A DNA stretch of 64,000 nucleotides, taken from positions 89,647 to 153,646 of the forward strand of contig JBMNGN010000005.1 in NCBI GenBank assembly GCA_050949865.1, in the 5' to 3' direction. Under the pieces are notes generated by a model that was not told the origin of the DNA, did not search any database, and worked only from the letters and a program-made list of their open reading frames with translations. The position numbers were made by a program, and so were the translations under genes. Below, piece after piece: positions 8,434 through 17,344 of the stretch (position 1 is the first letter of the stretch; each line of letters opens with the position of its first letter). The stretch is from Syntrophomonadaceae bacterium. GTDB lineage: Bacteria > Bacillota > Syntrophomonadia > Syntrophomonadales > Syntrophomonadaceae.

Positions 8434-9267
8434 TCACTTGATTACTTTATTATATAATCCTGCCAACTGGATAATATCCTTGTACATGCTTAAATAGTTG
8501 TCGAAGTTCAGAGACTGCTTGCCATCAGACAAGGCTATATCCGGCTGGTGGTGTACTTCTGCCATTATCCCGTCAGCCCCGGCAGCAATTGCAGCCCGGG
8601 CTATGGGAGCAACCATTTGCCACCTGCCGGTGGCATGGCTAGGATCGACTATTATCGGGAGATGGGACAATTCCTTCACCAATGGAACAGCACCAATATC
8701 CACCGTGTTTCGGGTATACGTTTCGAAACTCCTAATGCCCCGTTCACACAGTATTACCTTTTCATTTCCGCCCCTGACAATGTACTCGGCAGCCAGCAAC
8801 CATTCCTCAATAGTTGCCGATAATCCTCTCTTCAGCATTACCGGTTGGTTAATCTTTCCCAATTCTTCTAAGAGGGTATAGTTTTGCATATTCCTGCTGC
8901 CAACCTGTAATATATCAACGTAAGGGCCAATATCTGTCAGGTCCCGGATATCCATGATCTCAGTAATAATGGGCAGCCCAGTTCTTTCCCGGGCCTCAAG
9001 CAATATGTCTAAACCCTTGATACCCAGACCTTTAAACGAATACGGAGAAGTACGGGGTTTGAACAGGCTGCCCCGCAATATATGGGCTCCTTCTCTTTTA
9101 AGAAATTCGGCTATTTTTAAATATGATTCCTGGTTTTCCACAGCGCAAGGTCCTGCAATAATAGTACAAAATCCTTGCCCTATAAAAACCGGCTCACTGT
9201 CCGTTTTTATCTCAATTATCGTATCATTTTCCTTGTATTCCCTGGACACCAGCTTGAAAGGTCTCAT
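8434..9267 (-). CDS. DAHP synthase paralog, type I-beta, without a regulatory domain
   Basis: 277 aa counted from ATG 9267, where SD GGAGG lies 6 nt upstream; the track start at 9321 is an upstream TTG. GPCAVE, VDPSHATG, AEVH and LSDGKQS are conserved. There is no ferredoxin-like N-terminal domain. Confidence 0.88.
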   Translation of the reverse strand: MRPFKLVSREYKENDTIIEIKTDSEPVFIGQGFCTIIAGPCAVENQESYLKIAEFLKREGAHILRGSLFKPRTSPYSFKGLGIKGLDILLEARERTGLPIITEIMDIRDLTDIGPYVDILQVGSRNMQNYTLLEELGKINQPVMLKRGLSATIEEWLLAAEYIVRGGNEKVILCERGIRSFETYTRNTVDIGAVPLVKELSHLPIIVDPSHATGRWQMVAPIARAAIAAGADGIMAEVHHQPDIALSDGKQSLNFDNYLSMYKDIIQLAGLYNKVIK

Positions 9268-9415
9268 TTTTTCCCTCCAGCGCATAACCATGTTTAATGT
9301 CTGTGTTATACTAGAGCCCAAAATACCTTATAGAGCGCTTACTAGGTGAGCACAAATCATTTTGTGGTATCATTGTATCATTATATCTGTACTGCCCCCC
9401 ATTTTGTCAACACAG

Positions 9416-10333
9416 TTAGGCAACATTTTGTAGAATACTTTGCTGATAATATTCGGCCGGGGTTAAATATCCCAGAGCTGAATGAATACGTTTGCTGTTA
9501 TAATCTATGTAAGCCTCTATTGAGGTAATTGCTTCACTATATGTTTCGTACATGTTGTAGTAGAGCTCTTCTTCCTTGAGAGTACGGAAAAACCGTTCAA
9601 TATGAGCATTATGCTCTGGTGTAGCATAGGCCGAATACAAAAGAGTTACATCACAAGTGGATAATTCCTTAACAAATTTGCGACTAGTCGGCTGGCAGCC
9701 ATTATCTACTTGCATTATTAGTCCCTGATCCCTGGTACCTTCCGGGAAACGGTTCTTGACAGCTTTGTCAAAGGCGGCTAACCATTCGTCGGCTCTGGCT
9801 CGGGAGCTAATTTCATAGCCAACGATAGAACGATCATAGCGGTCAATTATTGCCATAATATAGAGCCAGCCGTAACCAGAAAGATAGGTCTTGGTCATGT
9901 CCATTTCCCAAATTTGATTGGGTTTTGTAGGCTGACTGGGCCGCTCTTTCATTTGGACTATACGTCGGTTTTTTAATCGCTGTTGGCTCAGACCCAGTTT
10001 ATTCATAACCCGGTTAACCCGCTTCTGACTGACATTTATGTTAAATTCGCGCCTGAGTATAACGCGAATGCGGCGATACCCATAAAGAGGATAACGGGTA
10101 CAAGCCATTTTAATTGCTGCCAACAGTTCCTTTTCAGATACATAATTCTGCTTAGGTTCATGTGTTTGGTTACTCTTACGATTACGAAGATAGAACCGTG
10201 AACGCGGTACTCCCAGTATTTTGGCAGCATCTTTGATACTGATTCCGTCTTTTCTTAGTTCAGTAGCTAATACAGCATAGCGATCCGAATCTACTTCGGA
10301 AACTTGCGGTTGAAGAATTCTTCCGTTTTTTTT
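9416..10333 (-). CDS. IS3-family transposase OrfB (DDE/rve domain), reached by -1 frameshift from orfA
   Basis: The frame is open from the A8 run (10326-10333) to the stop at 9416. DDE contexts are WEMDMT, QVDNGCQ and HNAHIERFFRTLKEE. The track ORF (9416-10123) begins at an internal TTG. Confidence 0.85.
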   Translation of the reverse strand, partial: KKNGRILQPQVSEVDSDRYAVLATELRKDGISIKDAAKILGVPRSRFYLRNRKSNQTHEPKQNYVSEKELLAAIKMACTRYPLYGYRRIRVILRREFNINVSQKRVNRVMNKLGLSQQRLKNRRIVQMKERPSQPTKPNQIWEMDMTKTYLSGYGWLYIMAIIDRYDRSIVGYEISSRARADEWLAAFDKAVKNRFPEGTRDQGLIMQVDNGCQPTSRKFVKELSTCDVTLLYSAYATPEHNAHIERFFRTLKEEELYYNMYETYSEAITSIEAYIDYNSKRIHSALGYLTPAEYYQQSILQNVA

Positions 10334-10592
10334 AGTATCTCTACCTCTAGCGTTTTACGTCCCAGAGCTTGCTCGAGTTCCTTTATTCTCAGCTCTAAAG
10401 CTTTAACCTGGTTGGTCTTGCCGTTGTTCTGGAGTCCCTGAATCCCAGCAGCAATAAACTGGTCTCTCAGTTTGTAGTAAGTAGAGGTGGATACTCCATA
10501 TTTGCGGCAGAGGTCTGAAACGGGTAATTCACCTTTAAGTCCCTAAGAACTAGGGCTAGTGCATCATCATCGCTTAGCTTTTTCTTCGGCAT
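10291..10592 (-). pseudogene. IS3 orfA (HTH transposase part) interrupted by a frameshift
   Basis: ATG 10592 follows SD GGGAGGAG and gives MPKKKLSDDDALALVLRDLK. The HTH continuation GELPVSDLCRKYGVSTSTYYKLRDQF...FPK* is in another frame, entered directly after a TAG stop. A 1-nt loss in the G run near 10541-10543 would restore one ORF. Confidence 0.7.
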
Positions 10593-10729
10593 GGTAGCTC
10601 TCCTCCCTTATTATGGATTCTACCATAACCGTGTTGTCACTCCTTGGGTATCAGTATATATATGATTATCAGAAATATTATCTACCGATAATATAATCAA
10701 GTAAAACACCAACACAGGAGGAGTTATTT

Positions 10730-11572
10730 ATGAAAATATCAATATCTGTATGCCAAATGACGGTGACGGATCAGAAAGAGGAAAACCTGAAGAAAGCCAA
10801 ACAAATGATAGTCCAGTCTGCTCAATCAGGTGCAGATGTGGCAATCCTGCCGGAGATCTTCAACGGTCCTTACCAGTCAGAGCTTTTTCCTATATATGCT
10901 GAAAAATTTCCAGGGCCTACCACCGATTTCCTGTCTCAAATGGCTAGAGAATATAACATCGGTATCATTGGAGGCTCAATTGTTGAAAGGGGAGAAGACG
11001 GAAAGCTTTATAACTGCAGCTTTGCCTTTGACCATAACGGCCAGCTCCTCGGAAAACACCGAAAAATTCACCTTTTTGACGTTGAAATTCCCGGGGAATT
11101 ATCCTTTAGGGAATCAGATACCTTATCCCCGGGCAATCAGCTGACTGCATTTGTTTACAAGCAAATACGGTTTGGGGTCATGATCTGCTATGATGTTCGT
11201 TTTCCAGAACTGGCCAGGCTGTTAGCCCTTTCAGGGGTACAGGTACTGGTAATTCCAGCAGCTTTTAATACCATAACCGGGCCTGCCCATTGGGATTTAC
11301 TAATGCGCTGCAGGGCAGTAGACAACCAATGCTACGTGGTAGCTGCTTCCCCAGCCCGCAATGCCAATGCCAGTTACCAGGCTTGGGGTTATTCCATGAT
11401 AGTTGATCCCTGGGGAAAGGTGATTAACCAGCTTGGCCAATCAGAAGCTATCCTGTCGGCAGAACTGGATATCAAGAACGTAGAACAGGTTAAAAGCCAG
11501 CTGCCGCTATTAAAACACCGGCGCACGGATTTATATAAACTCGAAATCATTGCGGAAGAGAGCAAAAAATGA
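10730..11572 (+). CDS. carbon-nitrogen hydrolase family protein (Nit/omega-amidase-like)
   Basis: 280 aa with Glu-Lys-Cys triad contexts LPEIF, HRKIHLF and MICYDVRFPE. SD AGGAGGAG is present. Confidence 0.85.
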   Translation: MKISISVCQMTVTDQKEENLKKAKQMIVQSAQSGADVAILPEIFNGPYQSELFPIYAEKFPGPTTDFLSQMAREYNIGIIGGSIVERGEDGKLYNCSFAFDHNGQLLGKHRKIHLFDVEIPGELSFRESDTLSPGNQLTAFVYKQIRFGVMICYDVRFPELARLLALSGVQVLVIPAAFNTITGPAHWDLLMRCRAVDNQCYVVAASPARNANASYQAWGYSMIVDPWGKVINQLGQSEAILSAELDIKNVEQVKSQLPLLKHRRTDLYKLEIIAEESKK

Positions 11573-11585
11573 ATAACCGTATTAA

Positions 11586-11948
11586 TTATTTAACCAAATC
11601 CCTGCGCAGTTCTCGGGCCTGATTAAGGTAAACATGTACTATCTCTTCTTGGGTTTTATCCGTGTTTATATGGATTAATACCCTGATACAAAGCGGTAAG
11701 GCCTCCCTAACCGGTATTTCCTGGAAACACATTAACGGAACCAAATTCCATCCAAGAGAACGGGCTGCAACTGCAGGAAACACAGATTTTATATCCGGGG
11801 TTACTGTAAATAGAACACTGGCAATATCCTCCAGGTTAATGGAATTTGCTTGTTGCATGGCTTCCAATAGCTCCCTGGTTGCGGTAAGGATTTCATCCTT
11901 TATATCGGCATTTACTGTAGTTGCTCCCCTGATGCCTCTTACTGCCAT
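11586..11948 (-). CDS. aroH: chorismate mutase, AroH class
   Basis: MAVRGIRGATTV... is collinear with B. subtilis AroH (MMIRGIRGATTV). ATG 11948 has better SD spacing than the track start at 11954. Confidence 0.88.
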   Translation of the reverse strand: MAVRGIRGATTVNADIKDEILTATRELLEAMQQANSINLEDIASVLFTVTPDIKSVFPAVAARSLGWNLVPLMCFQEIPVREALPLCIRVLIHINTDKTQEEIVHVYLNQARELRRDLVK

Positions 11949-11969
11949 AACCATACCCCTTCCTTAGAT

Positions 11970-12386
11970 TTAGGGAACCGCTCTATGACCGAGTCCTATG
12001 GCAACCTCATCCAGATGCAACAGACCAATACCCATAAAAATTGCCACACTTACATGGTCTCCATGACGAGCAACCCCAATCTTGCCGCCAATGTTTAAAC
12101 CAAGAGCTTTCGGCATAATTTGAGCTATAGCTTCCCGGGCTGCGCCAGCAACAGCCCCTTCATCAGCATGAGTGTCTTTTATTACCCCTTCCCGCTTAGC
12201 TGCAACTACTGAACGCTCAACGATTTTCCCTACGGAACTGATAAACTCCCCTCCATAGTCTACTGCCACTGCCATTACTCCATACTTATCCATTAGTTCT
12301 TTTTTAAGTTGTCCTTCATCCGACCGTGACGTAGATAAAGCCATCCTTATGGCTGCTGTAGCTACAATTTTACTGCCTATTTCCAA
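11970..12386 (-). CDS. HutP-family protein
   Basis: 138 aa with a TTG start after AGGTGGGG. It resembles B. subtilis HutP in KREGVIKDTHADEGAVAGAAREA (vs KKSGVIQSEGYRESHALYHATMEA) and in the C-terminus DHVSVAIFMGIG...IGLGH (vs DWIAVSLYGTIG...VGINH). Confidence 0.6.
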   Translation of the reverse strand: MEIGSKIVATAAIRMALSTSRSDEGQLKKELMDKYGVMAVAVDYGGEFISSVGKIVERSVVAAKREGVIKDTHADEGAVAGAAREAIAQIMPKALGLNIGGKIGVARHGDHVSVAIFMGIGLLHLDEVAIGLGHRAVP

Positions 12387-12437
12387 ATTAACCCCACCTG
12401 ATAAATATTGGTATATACTATTTTACTACTCCTTATG

Positions 12438-12926
12438 CTATTTGACGATTATTTTCCCAATCATCACCATACTTTGGTTACCGGTGTAGCTGTTCCCTAC
12501 CCCAGGGTAGGCAAGGTTCTCAGAAGCCCCGGATATTGTATATTCCACAGGAAAGGCATAATAGGAAGAATCTATTTCGACTACATCTCCTGCCATCAGC
12601 GTAAGACTAAGCTCCGGTTCCGTAAAGTTACCGGTTGGCTGGCCATTTATCAGTACGTTTGCCTTGGGTAAAGAGGAGTACTCACTGATTGATATGGTTA
12701 ACGCAGCAAAAGGAGAGTTAACCTGCATACCGGGCTCAGTTTCCCGGTACTGGGTACCAGCACTAACAGGAAACTCAAGTAATTGCCCTTCCATTTGTTC
12801 TGACCAGCTGAGGTAAAACCGGAATGAATCCTTGGTCATCATACCCTGTACCAGCACCAGAACAATTAATATCAATACTATACATCTGATTAACATCTTT
12901 TCTATTAGATTAACCCACTTTTTCAA
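12438..12926 (-). CDS. hypothetical membrane-anchored protein
   Basis: 162 aa with a TTG start after GGGGAG. It has one N-terminal TM segment (IRCIVLILIVLVLVQGMM). I recognise no family. Confidence 0.5.
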   Translation of the reverse strand: MKKWVNLIEKMLIRCIVLILIVLVLVQGMMTKDSFRFYLSWSEQMEGQLLEFPVSAGTQYRETEPGMQVNSPFAALTISISEYSSLPKANVLINGQPTGNFTEPELSLTLMAGDVVEIDSSYYAFPVEYTISGASENLAYPGVGNSYTGNQSMVMIGKIIVK

Positions 12927-13046
12927 GCAACCATCTCCCCGGGATACTTTTTAGTATATTATGCCCCATAGGAAATGATTATCCATCATATTATTACTGG
13001 GTGAGCTAATGGTATATATCGGGGTAGATTAAGCTGATGTATTTTC

Positions 13047-13262
13047 TTAAATCCTCTCTACCTTAATTACTAAATCAGGACACATCAAAGCACACATACC
13101 GCACCCGGTACATTTATCCGGTTTTAGCATAGTAACTGGTGTATATCCCAGAACATTGTTAAAGCTTCTGTCCAGCCCCAGTATCTTTTGGGGACAAAAT
13201 GCTACACAGATCTCACACGCCTTACATCGGCTAGAATTGATAATTACCTGCCCCTTAGCCAT
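13047..13262 (-). CDS. 2x[4Fe-4S] ferredoxin, similar to the delta subunit of 2-oxoacid:ferredoxin oxidoreductases
   Basis: 71 aa with two CxxCxxCxxxCP motifs (CKACEICVAFCP, CTGCGMCALMCP). SD AGGAGGA is present. No partner oxidoreductase genes lie nearby. Confidence 0.8.
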   Translation of the reverse strand: MAKGQVIINSSRCKACEICVAFCPQKILGLDRSFNNVLGYTPVTMLKPDKCTGCGMCALMCPDLVIKVERI

Positions 13263-13461
13263 TACAAATCCTCCTATTGTTGCATTATGTATAGTAATTA
13301 TTAACCTTTGTTCAGTGTAACCTTCAACACCTGGCTATGAAAGCCAAACCTTATCCCAATAATGTTATTACCCGCCAATCTGCTCCAGGATGGCATTTGA
13401 TTAAATCCATCTTTAGAATACGGCTCAGTTACTTTGCGGGTTGGGCTCCTTAATCAAACTG

Positions 13462-13902
13462 CTATTTCCAGGTATTGATTTTCTTTTCTAAATAATCCCG
13501 GTAATTGACCAGTTCCTCACTGGCCCTAAGAAAAATCCTTTCCAGCTCAATACTGGAGAGGGTAATCTCCTTGGGTTCCAGCACCTCTATAGTTCTGAAC
13601 TCTTCTTTCATGGTAAATTTCAAGGCATCTTCCAAGGAATCAGCAGTAAAGCAAATAAATACCGGGGCATAAGACACTGCCTTACCGGTTATTTCATCAA
13701 AAACCGTATATACCTCCTGGCTCATATCAATTTCATCAATATGTATGCCCTGGACAGGGACGTTTCTTATCAAGGCAACCTTATGCTGTCTAACCTCCTC
13801 AGACAGTTCCTCATTGCTTTTTCCGCCAAAAAGGCTCTTGCCAACCCGTCCTCTACCCGTATAATCGAAACGTATTCTGATTTTAAGCTTGGCCAATTCC
13901 AA
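13462..13902 (-). CDS. hypothetical protein
   Basis: 146 aa with a TTG start after GGGGAGGAGGA. Soluble and charged. I recognise no family. Confidence 0.5.
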   Translation of the reverse strand: MELAKLKIRIRFDYTGRGRVGKSLFGGKSNEELSEEVRQHKVALIRNVPVQGIHIDEIDMSQEVYTVFDEITGKAVSYAPVFICFTADSLEDALKFTMKEEFRTIEVLEPKEITLSSIELERIFLRASEELVNYRDYLEKKINTWK

Positions 13903-14043
13903 TCCTCCTCCCCTGCGGTGGTTATCTATTTGAGGGAATAATGCAATCCTGCCAGGCTATAATTATAAACCGGCCAGCAATTTTCCTGGATAAGCTCCGA
14001 AAAACCGCAAACACCTTAACCGGCCGTTGTTTATTATATTAAT

Positions 14044-14913
14044 CTATTTTCCTTTAATTTGGGCCATTTTCTTTAGTATATTGACTTCCCGCCCGGATAG
14101 GTACCTGTATTTACCGCATGGAACACCCTTGAGGGTAAGAAATGCGAAAGCTGTCCTTTTTAAGGATACAACCTCATGACCGATACTGGAACACATCCTT
14201 TTTATTTGCCTCTTTTTCCCCTCGCGGATCTTGATCTCTAACCGGGTCATATTATGGTGGTAGCCAAGTATTTTAACTCTTGCCGGAGAGGTAATCCCTC
14301 CATCATCCAGTATTACTCCCTTTTTCAAGAGCAACAGACTTGATTCGGCTACTCTTCCCCTAACCCAAACCTCATACTTTTTCCAAATAGCATGCCGGGG
14401 ATGGGTCATAAGATTGCAGAATCCACCGTCATTGGTTAGCAGCAAAAGGCCTTCTGTATCGTAATCCAGCCTTCCCACCGGATAAAGCCGTAATTGTATA
14501 TCTTTTACCAGGTCAAGAACAGTCGGCCTCCCTTGGGGATCATGAACACTGCTTATATATTCCCGGGGCTTGTTTAACAATATATATACCTTTTCAGGTT
14601 TCCCCAGCCTAAGACCGTCAACATCAACCGTGTCTGAGGCCGGATCAACTTTTATCCCCTGTTCTCTAACTGTAACTCCATTAACTCTTACTCGTCCATC
14701 AGCTATTAAGCTCTCTGCTTTACGCCGGGATACAACTCCAGCATCAGCAATAAACCTTGAAAGACGCAAAATATTTTCCTTCCCTGGTTCTTGTTTACTC
14801 ATATTATGCACTGAATTCGACAAAGCTATCTTTGATCCTTTTGTCTTTAGTTTGGTTAATTTCCAAATATTTTGGATAACAAAAGGTTTTCTGGTTGTTG
14901 GATATATCATCAA
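14044..14913 (-). CDS. rluB: 23S rRNA pseudouridine synthase (RluB/RsuA family)
   Basis: It has an S4 domain (LSRFIADAGVVSRRKAESLI) and the catalytic GRLDYDTEGLLLLTNDG motif. The real start may be the internal ATG at 14802 (MSKQEPGK). Confidence 0.88.
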   Translation of the reverse strand: MMIYPTTRKPFVIQNIWKLTKLKTKGSKIALSNSVHNMSKQEPGKENILRLSRFIADAGVVSRRKAESLIADGRVRVNGVTVREQGIKVDPASDTVDVDGLRLGKPEKVYILLNKPREYISSVHDPQGRPTVLDLVKDIQLRLYPVGRLDYDTEGLLLLTNDGGFCNLMTHPRHAIWKKYEVWVRGRVAESSLLLLKKGVILDDGGITSPARVKILGYHHNMTRLEIKIREGKKRQIKRMCSSIGHEVVSLKRTAFAFLTLKGVPCGKYRYLSGREVNILKKMAQIKGK

Positions 14914-15010
14914 TTATTACAAGGCCTCTAAATATTAATTATACTATGAACCCATCGGTTCATAATAGTATAGACTTGCGGGCAAGGTAATTATTAAAAC
15001 GCCAACAATA

Positions 15011-15040
15011 TTTCCACCGGATTAAAAAGTCATATATAAT
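15011..15040 (+). promoter_or_regulatory. possible sigmaA promoter of folE
   Basis: TTTCCA (15011-15016), 18 nt, TATAAT (15035-15040). Confidence 0.35.
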
Positions 15041-15084
15041 GAGATAAGCGGCTATTAGCCAGAGAAAAAACGGAGGATTGCGCC

Positions 15085-15654
15085 ATGAGTAATACCATCG
15101 ATAAAGCTAAAATAGAAACTGCCGTAAAGATGATCCTTGAGGCAATCGGTGAAGATTCAGCCCGCGAGGGGCTGGTTAACACCCCTAAGCGGGTGGCAGA
15201 CATGTATGAAGAGATCTTTTCGGGATTAAATCTCAATCCCCGGGAGTTTCTAAACGTATCTTTTACGGAATATCACGACGAACTGGTACTGGTTAAAGAC
15301 ATCCCATTATATTCTATCTGTGAACATCACTTGCTACCTTTTTATGGCAAGGCCCATTTAGCCTATATACCTAAAGGAGGTAAGGTAGTGGGAATCAGCA
15401 AGCTGATCAGGGTAGTAGAGACTTTTGCCCGCCGTCCCCAATTGCAAGAACGCCTTACTTCTCAAATAGCTGATTGTATTAATGAAACTCTGTCCCCTTA
15501 TGGTGTCGGCGTAGTTATCCAAGCCGAGCATATGTGCATGACTATGAGAGGGGTTAAAAAGCCCGGAACGTTTATGGTAACCTCAGCAGTTAGGGGTCTG
15601 TTTGAAACCAGACCCCAAACCAGAGCAGAGTTTTTCTCCCTGATAAAAAACTAG
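15085..15654 (+). CDS. folE: GTP cyclohydrolase I
   Basis: 189 aa with the FolE zinc-site contexts CEHHLLPF and [10 protein letters not shown]. Confidence 0.95.
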   Translation: MSNTIDKAKIETAVKMILEAIGEDSAREGLVNTPKRVADMYEEIFSGLNLNPREFLNVSFTEYHDELVLVKDIPLYSICEHHLLPFYGKAHLAYIPKGGKVVGISKLIRVVETFARRPQLQERLTSQIADCINETLSPYGVGVVIQAEHMCMTMRGVKKPGTFMVTSAVRGLFETRPQTRAEFFSLIKN

Positions 15655-15676
15655 CCGAGGACACCTTTAAAAAGTA

Positions 15677-17344
15677 CTAAAACAGTCCAATTATTTTCCC
15701 GTCAGGCAATATATCTATCTTTTCGGCGGCTGGGTTTTTCCCGAGACCGGGCATAGTCATTATATCTCCGGCAATAGCCACCACAAAACCTGCCCCGGCG
15801 CTTAATCTTACTTCCCGGATATTAACTCTGAAACCTTCCGGCCGTCCTTTGAGATTAGGATTATCTGACAGGGAATACTGGGTTTTGGCAATGCACACCG
15901 GCAAATCACCGTAGCCCTGGTCTTCAAACCGGGCTATCTGTTGATTGGCCTGGGGAGAATAATCGACTCCTGAAGCCCCGTATATCTGGGAGCAAATTGT
16001 TTCAATCTTCTCTTTTATTTTTTGATTGGTATGGTACAGGAATCTAAAACCATTAGGTTTTTCAGCAGCCTGGACTACCTTTAGCGCCAGGTCTTCCCCG
16101 CCCAATCCGCCTTTAGCCCATACCTGGGAAATGGCTACATCTGCCCCCAGTTCTGAACACCGTTCAATTACGTACTGTATTTCTTCCCGGGTATCAGCAG
16201 GAAACTCATTAAGGGCTACTACTACTGGCAATCCAAAGCTATGAAGGTTTTGTAACTGCTTCTCCAAATTTTGGATTCCCTTTGCCAGGGCCTGCAAGTT
16301 AGGCTCATTGGTTTTTTCCACTGGCACTCCGCCATGGTTCTTTAAGGCCCTGATTGTGGCTACCAGCACCACTGCATCCGGTTGAAAACCTCCATAACGG
16401 CACACAATGTTAAAGAACTTTTCGGCTCCCAGATCCGCTCCGAAACCGGCTTCAGTAATCATAAATTCGCCAAGTTTTAATCCCATTTTAATTGCTACAA
16501 TACTGTTAGCTCCATGAGCGATATTGGCAAAAGGACCGCCATGTACAAAGGCAGGGGTGTTCTCCAAAGTCTGGACCAGATTGGGTTTTATTGCTTCCTT
16601 CATCAACACAGCCATAGAACCGGCCACATTTAATTGACCTGCGGTCACCGGTTTCCCATCAAAGGTGTAGGCAACCACCATTTTTTTAAATCGGTTCTTT
16701 AAATCCATAAGATCTGAGGCCAGGCACAAGCAGGCCATAACTTCTGAGGCTACAGTTATGTCAAATCCTGATTCTCTTGGTACCCCGTTAACCCGTCCGC
16801 CCAAACCAATGACAATATTCCTTAAAGCCCGCTCATTAAGGTCAAGGACCCTGCGCCATACTACCTGGCGGGGGTCGATATTCAAAGCATTACCCTGATG
16901 AATATGGTTGTCCACTATGGCAGCCAACAAGTTGTGGGCCGTGGTCACTGCATGGATATCGCCCGTAAAATGCAGGTTTATGTCTTCCATAGGAATGACC
17001 TGGGAGTAGCCCCCGCCTGCCGCTCCGCCCTTTATTCCAAAGCTTGGACCCAACGATGGTTCTCTCAAGGCAATAATTGCCTTCCTGCCTATCCTGTTTA
17101 ATGCCTGGCCCAGGCCTACGGTAGTAGTAGTCTTCCCCTCCCCTGCAGGGGTGGGATTAATTGCCGTAACCAGCACCAGCTTGCCGGAAGGATTATCCTT
17201 GATTCGCTCCCAGACATCCAAGGACAATTTAGCCTTGTATTTCCCGTATAGATCAATATCATCTTCCTTAAGACCGATTGAATCAGCAATTTCTCTAATC
17301 GGTTTAATGTTGGCCTCCTGTGCAATCTCAATATCGCTTTTCAC
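15677..17344 (-). CDS. fhs: formate--tetrahydrofolate ligase
   Basis: 555 aa with a GTG start after [23 protein letters not shown] and overall collinearity with Fhs support the call. Confidence 0.95.
   Translation of the reverse strand: MKSDIEIAQEANIKPIREIADSIGLKEDDIDLYGKYKAKLSLDVWERIKDNPSGKLVLVTAINPTPAGEGKTTTTVGLGQALNRIGRKAIIALREPSLGPSFGIKGGAAGGGYSQVIPMEDINLHFTGDIHAVTTAHNLLAAIVDNHIHQGNALNIDPRQVVWRRVLDLNERALRNIVIGLGGRVNGVPRESGFDITVASEVMACLCLASDLMDLKNRFKKMVVAYTFDGKPVTAGQLNVAGSMAVLMKEAIKPNLVQTLENTPAFVHGGPFANIAHGANSIVAIKMGLKLGEFMITEAGFGADLGAEKFFNIVCRYGGFQPDAVVLVATIRALKNHGGVPVEKTNEPNLQALAKGIQNLEKQLQNLHSFGLPVVVALNEFPADTREEIQYVIERCSELGADVAISQVWAKGGLGGEDLALKVVQAAEKPNGFRFLYHTNQKIKEKIETICSQIYGASGVDYSPQANQQIARFEDQGYGDLPVCIAKTQYSLSDNPNLKGRPEGFRVNIREVRLSAGAGFVVAIAGDIMTMPGLGKNPAAEKIDILPDGKIIGLF

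Larger units (their letters stand above)
9374..10671 (-). mobile_element. IS3-family insertion sequence, apparently degenerate; ends approximate (+/-20 bp)
   Basis: It has the orfA/orfB layout with an A8 slippery run. The imperfect terminal inverted repeats start with TG: compare TG..GACAACACGGTTA..GTAGAAT at the high end with TG..GTCAACACAGTTA..GTAGAAT at the low end. I could not identify a target-site duplication. Confidence 0.75.

Noticed and set aside
12387-12437. UAG triplets (GAGUAGUAAAAUAGUAUAU on the minus strand) upstream of the hutP-like gene as a possible HutP RNA site.
   Set aside because: Only two UAGs are present, with 5-nt spacing. The B. subtilis site needs two sets of three UAGs at 4-nt spacing, and the region overlaps the SD area.
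15041-15084. A possible preQ1-I riboswitch in the folE leader (GGCUAUUAGCC hairpin followed by AGAGAAAAAAC).
   Set aside because: The hairpin loop is only 3 nt, and the conserved loop C and the tail (AAAAAACUA) are not matched. This folE is not linked to queCDE.
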